A stretch of DNA of 64,000 bases from Chrysomallon squamiferum (lineage: Eukaryota; Animalia; Mollusca). A program made the translations under genes and the position numbers. The notes under the pieces were generated by a model. The model saw nothing but the letters and a program-made list of their open reading frames with translations. It did no database searches and was not told the DNA's origin. Positions 15,201 through 26,189 of this stretch are shown piece by piece. Where the stretch lies: the NCBI GenBank assembly GCA_012295275.1, contig CM022672.1:16306001-16370000 (forward strand), in the 5' to 3' direction. Positions within the stretch are counted from its first letter, which is position 1, and each line of letters starts with the position of its first letter.

Positions 15201-18200
15201 TAATTTGTTTCAAAATTTTAGGCAGAGATTTAACACTTGCAACAAACAGTAATTCATTTTCGGATTTATTTGGAATAACCAAAAGTTTTTCTTTTTCAAA
15301 TTTATCTTGAATATTTGTTGCTGTTTTTTCAAGCCCAAGAAGTTTTGTTACAGGCTGTGAGGACATTTTCTCGTGGTGTTCCAAAATGACTTCTTCAACC
15401 ACTTTCTCTGCTTGTTTTACTTTGTCACCTTCAACATGCAAGACATTTTCTTCTTTAAAATCAAATGCATGAATGATATTTAGCTTCATTAATTTTTTAC
15501 TTACAAGGTTTTGTGCCTCACTACTACCTTTTAAGAAGTCAAATCTTGATGATGAAATTTTCACAGTTATAACCAGTTTTTCTAATCTTTTGCACACCTC
15601 TGCACATATGTCTTTCTTCCCAAAAATTATAAATTCAACTTCTGATTCACAACTAGAAACTGGATCAATTGTTACAGAGTTTTCATCAAACTCCTTTGCA
15701 ATCTGCCAAATTTCATGTAAAAGCCTTTCATTTTGATGTATTAAGTCTCTGCTAAAGAAAACAGATTTTTCTTCCAAACAGTCACATTTTTGTCTTATGA
15801 ATTCCAATGCCTCAGAAACTGCATCATTTAGTCCAACAAACAATAATGTGTTTTCTGAATTATCTGGTGTAACTGACAACTGATTTCCATACTTTTTTTC
15901 AAGTTGTCCTGCTATCTGGTCAAGTTCATACAGTCTCCTAATTGAGTAGGAACTCATATCCTCCCTTTGTTCAATGATTATATCATTTACAGTTGTTTTT
16001 GCTTGGTCTGCCTTTGAGGCTTCAATGTGTAAAATAACTTCAGGATCAATCTCAAAAATGTGCCCAATGCTCTGATCATTTAGAGATTTCTTAACAAACT
16101 CCTGGGCTGTAACACTGGTCTTTAAAAATGCTAGTTTTGTGTGTGAAATTAATAATGTGACGAACATGTTTTCCAATTTCTCGTAAACATTTTTACAGAT
16201 TACTTTTAAACCAATAATTAAAATTTCCACTCTTTTTTCAGAGGCAGCAAGTTGTTCAACTGAGAGATTTTCATGCTCATATTTAGCAGATATTTGGTGA
16301 ATTTCCTGAAGAATTTTAGCAGTACTGCATAAAGTCACCTTTCTTTCTTCATAATTGTTTATCATTTTATGGATCTTTTCTAATACAGATGTCATTACAT
16401 TTCTGGTTCCAACAACTAATAAATCTTCATTATTACAAGAAACCAGTACCTTTTCATGTCGAACTGTGTTTTGAATTTTCTCAACTGCTTTCTCAATTCC
16501 AAGGAGTTTTGTCATAGGCTGTGTACGTATATTCTCACAGTGTTCAAAGATGATTTCATCAAGTAAAATCTTTGCTTTCTGCACTTCTCTGTCTTCATTG
16601 TGCAGGATAACTCCTCTCTCAAAATCAAACCAGTATTGGATTTGGTTCTCTTTGAATTTTTCATCTATTATATTAGTAAACTCCTGACAATATTTCAGTT
16701 TTAAAGGAGAAAGTGGAATGGTGATAAATAAATTCTCCATTTTGTGGCAAACAGTAGCACATATGTCTCTAATCCCAATAATAACAAACCCAGTTTTTGG
16801 CTCATTGGTAAATGGTTTGATAATTAAAGCATCATCACGATACGTCGCAGATATTTCCTGAAATTCCTCAGAATTCTTGACTTGCTGATATATGCCTGGA
16901 CTGAATTCAATTTTCTTTTCTTCATATGAATTCAGATATTTATTAATTTTGTTCATAACATTTGGCATGACATCATGTGTTCCAATAAACTGTAATGAGT
17001 TTTTGTCATCTTTTGGAATAACTAATAGCTTCCCTTCTCCAAATTTTTCTTCAATCCATTCAGCTATTTTTGACAGGCCAAGAACTTTTTTTATGGGTTT
17101 TTCAGATATGTTGTCTTCATGTTGTTTAATTATTTCATCTAGCATCTGCTCTGGTTCTTCTGCACTCTTGCATTCTGTAAATATTATAATTCCTTTTTCT
17201 GGTTCAAACTGACATTTTGTTTGCTTACTTTCAAGTGTTTTCAAAATGTAATTCAGTGCAGTGTCCTTGGATTTTAAAAATCTGACTTTCAGAGTTGAAA
17301 GTTTCACCACTTTACTTTCCTGCTTTGGTTCGCATTCCAGGTCATCAACATTTAATTGGCTTTTAGTTTTTTCTATTTCGGCCTTGGGTCCTAAAATTAT
17401 TATCCTTAGAAGATCAGAATCTGTTTTCAGAAGAATTCTTACTTGCTGTGGTAAATCTGATCTTAGCTGGTCTAATTTCTGTTTCAAGAATTCCATTTTG
17501 GTTCTGGGTCCCAACTCAATTTGGTGAGTGTATTTGCAAATTTCTTTTATTGTAGTTAAACTGTCATCAAAAATGTCTGATGTTCCACAAATATGTAATC
17601 TATCTGCAGTTGGAAAAGAAATCAGGAACTTTCCTTTGTATTTTTCAAGTTTGTACACATCATTCAGAATATCAGTCAGAACATCTCTCAGTTCATTTAC
17701 ATCAAGAAGATGAATCAGTTTATTTTCCAACAGCAAAGTGTCACTTCTGAATAAACTGTCAAACAAAGATTTCATTTTTGAGTGACTTTTGACTTCAGTG
17801 GTACTTTTAATCAATTTATTTTCAAAATCAAATTCAATGCTGCTAGATAAATTTTCTCTGACATAATCTTTAGCATGCTCACTTTGTTTCAATAACTGGC
17901 ATACTGAATCAGGTATAAATTCTACAAATCTAAGCTTATCCAGAGAATGAAAAAAGTTGTCAATTTTCTCCTCATTATTGAGAATATCACATCTTGGTCC
18001 TATCAGATAAAAAACATATTCATCATTTTCTTTCTCCATAGATACTCTACAGGATTCTGTTTGATCATGCAAGTTGCCTATCATTTCATATATTTCTGTG
18101 TGAAAAGAGTCCTCTTGGAATTTATCCATCACAAGTGTTTTTTGAAAACAACAAACATCTGTTATTTCATTCAGCATTTCCATTGCCTTTGGCATTATGT

Positions 18201-20469
18201 CATCTGTTCCACACAACAGTAGTTTTTTGGAATCAAGAAAACATTCTATTAACAGCTTCTCAGGAAATTTGAATTCCAGTTTACTTTTAATCTCATTCAG
18301 TGTTAATATTTGATTGGTTAGATACTGTTTCAAACATTTACACTCTTCACATATTAATTTTTCAAACTTTTTAAATCCTTGCTCCAAATTTTCAAAGGTA
18401 TTTGATGTCAAGGTCACACTGTTTTCTCCATTTTGGAGGTGGAATTCTGTATGGATGTTCTCAAGTTCATGCTTTATGTACTGTTGTGCTTTTTCTCTTT
18501 TTCTCAAAAGCTTTACTTTTATTGCTGATAACAAATATGTTTGTGAATAGGTTTGCTGGTCTAGCCACTGTTTTACTTTTGTCTTTATGTTTCTCACTTT
18601 ATTTCTGTTTCCAATGATTTTTAAAGTAAATGTTTCACCATCAGTTATTTCTTCAAAATATACTTTTTGCTGAAGATCAGAATCTCGCATGTTGTAAACT
18701 TCATTCCAATGTCCAGATATTTTTAAATATTCTTGTTCCTTCATGGGTACAACAAGCTCATCTTCTGTTATATCATCAGTTATTGTTTTTATTTCACTTT
18801 CTACTGCAGCATGAACAGAATCTGTGCATAATACAATAACATCATGTGATGTTTCTTCTTTGGACACCATAAACATATCACATTCTGAACAAAGCCTCTC
18901 TCTCAATAACTGGTCAAGTTCTTGGATTGAAAACACATCTCTGTGTAATCCAGGTTCCAGTTTAAATGTCACAATCAGCTCTGAAAGTTTGTTCTTCAAT
19001 TTGTCAATTTCATGCTCATCTACATGAACAAAACTTAGACAGCCACCTTCAACATCTATCCTCACAGTCTTCGACTAATGATTGAAGCTGCTGGGTAACA
19101 TAATGTAAGGCCTTCTCACATTTCTTCAGAAATAAAATTTGTTTTTTCTCAATCTTAATTATTGTGACAGGAAGGTTTTTGTTTAGACTAATGTTTGATC
19201 CTGATTCTGTTACACCTCTTTGACCTGTTTTACACAAATTTGATTTATGATCAGTTAGAAGTTGCAGTGTTTTGTTTGCTTCATCACAAACTGTATCAAT
19301 ATCATTTTCTTTTGCCACTACCATAATGGTTTGGGGACCTTTAACTGCTATTGCTTTGCTATAATCAACTGAATGTTCGAATTTAGTGACAAAAGTCTCA
19401 AAAGATATCAGTGAAAGATTATACTGAATGGTCCTGCATGCTACTTTCTTAAAAATTCTATCAAATATATCACTGATAGCAAGCAGTGAAGGTTGGTCAT
19501 CAGTATTGTTACTTTGTTTGAAGTCAATTTCAATTAGGTTATCTGAAGCTGACACATGATGAATAGTACAGTCTAGCTTTTCAAGTTCCTCTTTAATGAA
19601 ATCCATGAATTCTGCAGACTTTTGTACAAATTTCCACTGACAATTTTGCATTTTTAGATTGGTTTTTAAATGTTTTGATGAGAGTTTAACTGAAGTTTGC
19701 ACAATTGACTCATCATGTCAGAGATACCTAAATAACAAATTAATGATTATTTAAACCCTGAAATGTAAGATGCTAAATTTTGTACATTGTATGTTATTAA
19801 TATATGAATATATGAGAATTGGGAAGTGAAACAAAATTCTTCTAAAACTTTATTATAAACTACTTGTTCAAGTTCTGTTTTCAAGTACAGAGGACAAAAG
19901 CACTACTATGGTGGTAATATACTGTATTTTATATATTTATTTAAATGTCCTTGATTTTGTTTATTTTATTTTTTTCTAAGCACAGTAAAAGTTTTTTTCT
20001 CTCTTTCATCCAAATCTTGGATTTTATTTTGTGGGAAATAATTTATTTCACCTTTCTTATAACTGTCAGTTTCTTGACTAACATCTGATGACAGTGTTTC
20101 TTTTTTTTCTTTCTCATGGTGTAAACTTGGACTCTCTGATTTGCAATCCAGATAGCTTCCTGTAAATTATATTCACAGTTCTTACCATAATCAAAATACT
20201 AGTTCCAAAATTCTACTTTTATTTAAGTACAGGGTGCTAATTACAACATTATAAACATTTCCTCACTTTACATCGCAACACTTACCACTGTCTTCTAGCA
20301 CTAACTGTTGAGAGAGATGTAATATTTAAATTAAAACATAGAATTATTTTCACCATAATATTCTACAATAATTCATTTCAGCTGAAAACAATTTTGTTAT
20401 TTCTTTATTTTTTATTTATTTATAAATTTTAATTATTTATTATTTTATTTATTTTATCTTATTTTATTA

Positions 20470-20507
<38 letters not shown>

Positions 20508-20582
20508 GTTTTTATGAATAAGATATTATTCAAAAGATAATATAATACCAGGCCCATCAACTCCATCTGAATGGGCTGCCAT
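1160..20582 (-). CDS. DTX3L-like: Copy A: multi-exon KH-repeat + 4x macrodomain + RING-DTC protein (PARP14/PARP9-like N-terminus joined to a DTX3L/Deltex-like E3 ligase C-terminus), ~3070 aa if indels are corrected
   Basis: Hand-built GT-AG model: 20549-20582 (ATG in AAAGATGGC), 20286-20300, 20052-20159, 14422-19727, 13630-14055, 13056-13117, 11806-12024, 10671-10904, 10217-10262, 9324-9437, 8903-8965, 7171-7350, 6620-6805, 6320-6441, 5907-5943, 5656-5690, 3902-5185, 2959-3413, 1650-1849, 1160-1244 (TGA). Junction phases match except 3902/3413. Five apparent 1-nt indels lie in the giant exon, so it may be a pseudogene or carry assembly errors. Confidence 0.75.
1650..1849 (-). CDS. DTX3L-like: DTC domain exon
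   Basis: EGHPNPGKEYYSTRKKAYLPNNEEGRTVYKLLKIAFDRGLTFIIGADNVIKWSDIEHKTNTWGGPE; contains the Deltex HPNPG, AYLPxNxEG and HKT motifs; ccag/gtaag boundaries. Confidence 0.93.
2959..3413 (-). CDS. DTX3L-like: Exon: end of macrodomain D, C3HC4 RING finger, start of DTC
   Basis: CSSC-x12-CKH-x2-CQTC-x7-CPVC followed by GNMAKGQM...LEGYPHDGTIVINYSLTGGTQ, the Deltex GxQPxGxM / LPGY / GTIxIxY pattern. Confidence 0.9.
3902..5185 (-). CDS. Exon: KH-like units, low-complexity linker, degenerate macrodomain D
   Basis: Part of the 518-aa ORF. The macro-like segment reads ILIYCDNILHSNVQAIVC...ISEAAG...TTEGKL...VIHA...SSVAFPVL. The cttcag acceptor is phase 0. Confidence 0.8.
5656..6441 (-). CDS. Three short linker exons (6320-6441, 5907-5943, 5656-5690) joining the macrodomain region to the DTX-like region
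   Basis: All have AG/GT ends with phases 1-0, 0-1, 1-0 and no stops. Copy B conserves them, with three synonymous-only changes in the 35-nt exon and an in-frame 12-nt insertion in the 37-nt exon. Confidence 0.75.
6620..9437 (-). CDS. Degenerate macrodomain C (exons 9324-9437, 8903-8965, 7171-7350, 6620-6805)
   Basis: IDIQLILGNISQCAGKSEAILCF...FVKTRAHSLPASRMLIHC...LQTLQMPITAHG... follows the macro-fold order; all exons are phase 1-1 and conserved in copy B. Confidence 0.65.
7914..8031. mobile_element. 118-bp MITE with Tigger/pogo-like TIRs (also in copy B at ~38944-39061)
   Basis: CTGTGGTACCTTGACTTAAGAGTGCACCA matches the reverse complement of the right end at 27/29. A related end, (C/T)AGTGGTACCTTGACTTAC, starts a longer element at ~7416. 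Confidence 0.7.
8077..8140. repeat. (GA)n microsatellite
   Basis: Direct reading; similar tracts at ~20729-20795, ~22648-22708 and ~39111-39156. Confidence 0.95.
10671..13117 (-). CDS. Canonical macrodomain B, PARP14/PARP9 macro-type (exons 13056-13117, 11806-12024, 10671-10904)
   Basis: IDIHFGELAKQK|VDVLVNSTNTDLDLNKGMISKSLLESAG...VAITGPGRL...IFHG|...TIAFPTLGTGNLNYPPEIV carries the hallmark macro-PARP motifs. Confidence 0.9.
13200..13780. repeat. Local ~300-bp tandem duplication including a degenerate copy of the 3' end and donor of exon 13630-14055
   Basis: gacttacccttttcttctgattt...tttgtcagt occurs at both ~13311 and ~13623, and catcttgaaatcaaaataata at both ~13205 and ~13480. Confidence 0.8.
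13630..14610 (-). CDS. Highly degenerate macrodomain-like unit A (end of giant exon plus exon 13630-14055)
   Basis: VTLSVMSGDIISI...VCVFPV; later LAELIMMGIRDFVSSH...ITKFFLV resembles the macro C-terminal helix and strand. Confidence 0.5.
14422..19727 (-). CDS. Giant (~5.3 kb) exon of tandem KH-like repeats of the PARP14/PARP9/DTX3L type
   Basis: Made of ORFs 19049-19702, 15178-19065 (1295 aa) and 14399-14872, joined by apparent 1-nt indels; internal ~195-aa repeat; tttag acceptor at 19728-19729 and gtaaat donor at 14420-14421. Confidence 0.8.
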
Positions 20583-20723
20583 CTTTAAACAATCCAGATC
20601 AAACAGCTGTTGCCACTGCAGTTACATTCTGCAAAAATAAATAAATAAATAAATGATCATTTATACCGCCAACCGTTTCATGGAACGACAATGGCTATAT
20701 AATTTTCCTTTCAAATGTAAAGC

Positions 20724-20797
<74 letters not shown>

Positions 20798-21077
20798 AAA
20801 TGAACATAATTATAAATATTTTCTTCACAGCCTAAGACAGTAAAGTGATACTCAATAAAGACTACACAGAGATAGTCGTATACATACAATGATACATGTA
20901 CATTACATCAGGAAATAGGTAACTCAGTCAGTGATTTAATAATAATCATATATATATACCTGCATTTAATTACATTAGTATAAAGTTATAAACTTACATA
21001 TTTTGTAATTAAAATTCAATAGAACAAAATTTTAAATAATAACCGTTCGAATAAAAAGAATTGCATGAAGAATGTAA

Positions 21078-21096
21078 GGAAATCGAAACCGAAACT
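21078..21096 (-). promoter_or_regulatory. ISRE / IRF-binding element (AGTTTCGGTTTCGATTTCC) upstream of copy A
   Basis: Three GAAA cores with 2-nt spacers; exact AGTTTCNNTTTC consensus; ~500 bp upstream of the predicted ATG; TGACGTAA at 21123-21130. Confidence 0.75.
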
Positions 21097-21292
21097 GGGA
21101 GTTATTAGAAATCGCGTGACTATGACGTAAAATATAAACTAGACTGGTCATTCAACTCAACTCGAAATACTGTCTAACAAGTCGTAACTTCCGATTAAAA
21201 AAAAAAATAATAAAATAATAATAATAATAATAATAATAACAATAATAACAAAATGAAAACAAACTCAACTCAAAATACTGACTTCCGATTAA

Positions 21293-21338
<46 letters not shown>

Positions 21339-21544
21339 GTAATTATAATAATATTAACGGGGGAAAAAGGTAAATAAATAAATGAAGATAAAAAAAAAAA
21401 ATAATTAAACATTCAACAAGTTCGGGTTTAAAATAAGATGTAAATACTGTCCTGTTATTCTGAATTGTCTCGATACAGAAAAAGCGTTTGAAATCAGAAT
21501 TTCGATTAGTAAACAAATACTCGAAATAAAAATAATATAAACTG

Positions 21545-21580
<36 letters not shown>

Positions 21581-21764
21581 ATTCACAAAACTAAGTAATG
21601 GAAATTTTATTAAAATGACGTATTTGGGAGAAAGATAGCCGCTGACGATGAATGTAATCGACAAAGATCACAAGGGAGTTCAGTATTTTCACTTTCTTCT
21701 GCTTCCCTAGTATTTAAATTTTTATAGACTTTAATTTACACTAATATATAAAATAAATTTGAGT

Positions 21765-21810
<46 letters not shown>

Positions 21811-22080
21811 GTGTTATATGTACATAATTATTAACATTTTTCTCACAGCAAGCTATATTGGTACAAATATAATGACCACTCACATATCCATACATGTATA
21901 TTAAACACATCCAGCAACTGAATAAATAATAATTACATACCACACGTAAATGTAATTATGAGAGAAAAAAAGTAATAAATGTATATTGTTTGAAAATAAA
22001 TTATAATGAAACAAATTTTTAACAATTACCGTTCAAATAAATTCCAAAAAAAAATTGAAGGAAGAATATTCGAACATTAG

Positions 22081-22098
22081 GGAAATCGAAACGAAACT
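22081..22098 (-). promoter_or_regulatory. ISRE-like element in the second promoter module
   Basis: GGAAATCGAAACGAAACT followed by GGGAGTTA.TAGAAATCGCG and TGACGTAC (22126-22133), the same layout as at 21078. Confidence 0.6.
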
Positions 22099-22196
22099 GG
22101 GAGTTACTAGAAATCGCGGGACCAGTGACGTACAATAACAAAAATAGACTGGACATTATAATGGAAATGTGACTAACAAACCGGTCGTATCATACG

Positions 22197-22232
<36 letters not shown>

Positions 22233-22643
22233 TAATGAATTAATAAGAAGAAGAAGAAGAAAGAAAGAAAGAAAGAAAGAAATGCAAATAAATAAATAAA
22301 TAAAGAAATAATCAGCAGGTTCGGCCTTAGAATAACATATGTAAACATTGTTCTGATGTTTCGATTTCAAAGCTTCTCGATGCTTCAGAATTTCGAATTT
22401 GTAAACATGAATACGCAATTATAAAGATTACGTTAATTTATTTATTTTGGGTTAGGAAAAATTACTGTTTAGGTTAATAAAATGAGCACATTTAAACATC
22501 TTTTAAAAATATTAGATTTTCAGGGAATGGTAGCCACTATGACGATAATTTAAAGGATTACGGTAGAAAAAAGTATTTTTACTCTAGTGCTAATCTACTA
22601 TTTTAAACATTTATGAACTTTAATTTATATTAATATATGAAAC

Positions 22644-22709
<66 letters not shown>

Positions 22710-23135
22710 TAACATGCATGTAATAACAAATCTTTTCCTTACAGCATAATTAAACGTTTAAATTGATACACAATAAAGACTACAGAGACATATATGCCTG
22801 TACATTATATCTACAATATATTTATATGGGTAGATGAAATTATATCATTATAAATTATATATTTTGAAATTAAAATATAATAAAAGAAAATTTAAAACAA
22901 ATACCTTAGAAAAAAGATAATAATAATAAATAATAAAAAAGAGAGAAAACAGATACAATATATTCAGCAAGAAAGTACGAACATAAAGAAAATCGAAAAT
23001 TAAATGAAAATAAGTTATAAACTTGTATAGTTTGAAATTTTGAAATTAAAATATATTAAAACCAATTTTTAAACAATTACCAGGAAATAAATTCCAAATG
23101 CAAAATTTTGCAGCAAGAACGAACATTAAGTACAT

Positions 23136-23148
23136 GGAAACAGAAACT
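23136..23148 (-). promoter_or_regulatory. ISRE-like element in the third promoter module
   Basis: GGAAACAGAAACT followed by GGAGTTAGTAGAAATCGC and TGACGCAG (23176-23183). Confidence 0.6.
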
Positions 23149-24789
23149 AGGAGTTAGTAGAAATCGCATGAGTAGTGACGCAGAATATAAACTAGTCTTA
23201 ACCAATTAGGAAAAAAATAAAATAATAAAAAAAATAAAAATAAATAAAAAAGTAAAAATAAAATAAAATAAAATAAATAATCAAGAATTTGGTTGTTAGA
23301 ATAGTTTGTAAATACTTATTTGACATTCTGATTTGCAAATTTTCTCGATAAAGAAAATGTTTTGAAGTCAAAATTATTTCGGAGTAATAAAGATGAGTAT
23401 GGAAAATAATAAAATGTTCTTATCAAATTCTATAAAATAACATAATCTTTAGCATTTTCACTTCAGTTCTGTATTAGCCATGCTGAGTAATTAATTTTAA
23501 TAGACAGATATTGCGATCGTGCAAAAGTGGTTAACTCAAGTCTTTCAAAATGTAAGATGGATTGACTAACGTGAATATATATACACACACATACACAGAC
23601 ATAACGTTATGAAATACAATTTCAAATAAGAATAACTTTAAATTTACCTCAAAGGCTGTGATTGGCTATCTGTATTTCTGTTAACAACAGATCTCCGATG
23701 TCCTTTGGTTTGAGTCATTAATCATTAATTACTGAAACCAGAAAAGAACACAAATTTGTTCGTCATGGTTGAAGTAAATATATTTGATGTAAACAAAATT
23801 AATGGTAATTAGTACTTCAAAATTTACTGTTCAATATTGATCAACATTGGAAGCGTTTAAAACAAAATACGATCGACATGAACCAAGAATAATAAACGTT
23901 GAAACTAGCATTAATTATAAAGTATTAAATTTGAAAAGAATACAACAGATGTTCAGCAGAATAGATATATACATTAAATGTGACAAATGTTATTTTTCTT
24001 GAACACAACTAGCCAACAAACTGTCCGATGCGGAAAAATAACAAACACCATACTTCTAAAATAAATTATAATATATATTATATCTGAATTTTTCGTTTTT
24101 TTATTGTTGTTTTTTTTGCTTTTTTTTTGCTATATATTCAGACTCGCATGTACTTTATTTTATAATACCTTAGAAATCTAAACACATATTCAAACTGGGA
24201 TCTATTAATTTTTAATTAAATTTATTTATTTATTTATTTATTTATTTTATTTATTTACTTTTTAAAGAACTGACGTGCGGAGTTATCTTTCGCGAATTTC
24301 ACAGCGGCTGGAATTGTTTGCTGGCTTTATTTCAGTGTTATCAATGGATAGAAACTTGATATGGTTTTGCTACGAATAGTAAAATGTGTGGTGGTCAGGA
24401 AGAACCGTTGGAAGTCATTGGGAGTATTATCGAGATGGAGGTCAAAATACATTATGAAGTCATCGCATTTTTTTTCTTTTTTTTCTTATAACTAAGTTAT
24501 TAAAGTATTTTGTTCAATAAGGAAATTTGGTTGTACTTTGGCGTGTGATCTACACTGGCGTGAAACTACTTTGGCATGTGATAAATTATGTTCCTTTAAC
24601 AGGAAATACCAGTTTATAAGATATTATATTCCTTTAACTTTAACAGTGTGTCAGTTTATAGCGGGCAGGTAAAGTAATACTTTAAGTTTAAAGAACACCA
24701 CATCCAGACAATTTTTTCATTTACTGTTCAATTTCTAAAGAACCCTTCAGATGTTAGCTACATATTTTTACATTCTGATCTGTGACAAG

Positions 24790-25330
24790 ACAAAGGCAGT
24801 TGTATTTTTACGGAGAAATGGCCTTGTAGATGATGAAGAAAATGTTGCACCATGTCATCGTTCTGGTGGAGAAATGAAGGTAGCTCAAAGAAAAGAGAAA
24901 AACGGCAAAATCGAGGCAACTTTTCGATGAAACTCTCGCGGCTGCCAAACTTATACGCGACGGAAATTCTTTTTTTCCCATTATACCGATTTTAATGGCA
25001 AAGTCCATTCTTTCTCTGAGCCAAATTTTAGAATTGGTTTTGTTTTTTTATTCAAGATGTCTCTTGTGATAAGGTGCATGAATTGAAAGGTAGAGGTAGC
25101 GAATTAATATGTTATTGGTTCAACATTTGTTCACAAATTGTTTTCGTTAACAATCGTTGAAAAATGGTTTAAACTGTCAATAACGAAAGACACACTGGAG
25201 CCGATACTCCAGAAACTGAAAGAACCCTGGTTGGATTCCAAAAAGATGAGAGGAGTGAATCAAAGACTCTTCCAATCATACCTTGATTAAATAATCAATT
25301 GTTTGCTACAGATGGGGAACAATACTGAAC
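24790..25330 (+). mobile_element. Degraded Merlin / IS1595(ISXO2)-like DDE transposase remnant
   Basis: Fragments VFLRRNGLVDD...PCHR.GGEM...TFR*NSRGCQTY (Zn-ribbon-like), LSQILELV...WFNIC and HTGADT..TER.W...RGV...QSYLD, broken by stops and frameshifts. Confidence 0.65.
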
Positions 25331-26189
25331 TGCTTTTTCCTTGTGTTTCTAGCAGATGTTCGCTATATACAGTAGGCTATATACCTTTCATGATTTTGAT
25401 GTTTGGATATCTCTTCGAAAATCATGTTTCAAACACTGGGTAGTGAAAACTAATGCATGTTCAGTCTACAACTCATTAACCTTTATCTTGTACATGCGGT
25501 GAAATATCTTCATCATTAATATTTATTGTTGCAGACAACAAAGCACTACATTCATTCGTATATGATAATACTGTTTCTGTGTTTTTATCAAGATTATTTA
25601 TTTTATTTTGTTTTGTTTTTTTTGTGGGGGGAGGGGGCTGCATTTTTTAAATGTTTATTTAGCTGAATTGCTCATATTTATTGCAGACATCGAGCAAACT
25701 TCAGTTTATCGTGGCAGACAATAGGCGTTGCTGTCTTATTTTTTGCCCGAGATCATAAAAATAATTTTCAACTACAAAAACAAAAGTCAATCCCATCTAA
25801 GATAAAATAAAACAAAAATCATTTTGGTTTCATATATAGCGAACAGTACTAAGTCGATAAATGCCAACACAGTTGCCAATGTTATTAAAGATTTTGAAAA
25901 TGAAACATTGAAAACGGCTGATATTGCATTGGTAAGCTTTTGCTGGCTTTGAACAATGGGTAGCTGTATTGTAAACAATTTATTTATGAACTGTGGAAAA
26001 AGGGTCATAGATAGTTTGACAGTCATTACAGTGATAAGCGACATGTGTATACATGCGATGAGAAAGATGCTCAACAATCAGGAGAATCCAAACCCGTTTT
26101 CTTTTTGGAAATTATCAAATTAAATTTAATTCACAACATAAAATTAAACAAAATCACATTTTATAGTGCACGGATTAAATGTTCCGGTG

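Larger units (their letters stand above)
20690..23470. repeat. Three diverged ~0.9-1 kb tandem copies of a promoter-region module
   Basis: Each unit has a dinucleotide microsatellite, ttt..c.cacagc, an A-rich block, the ISRE, TAGAAATCGC, TGACG and an A/TAA-rich tract; boundaries are approximate. Confidence 0.75.

Noticed and set aside
15473-19027. Plus-strand ORFs within the giant exon (similar cases at 1067-1264, 1628-1882, 4227-4529, 57075-57293, 59080-59433)
   Set aside because: Antisense shadows of real coding exons.
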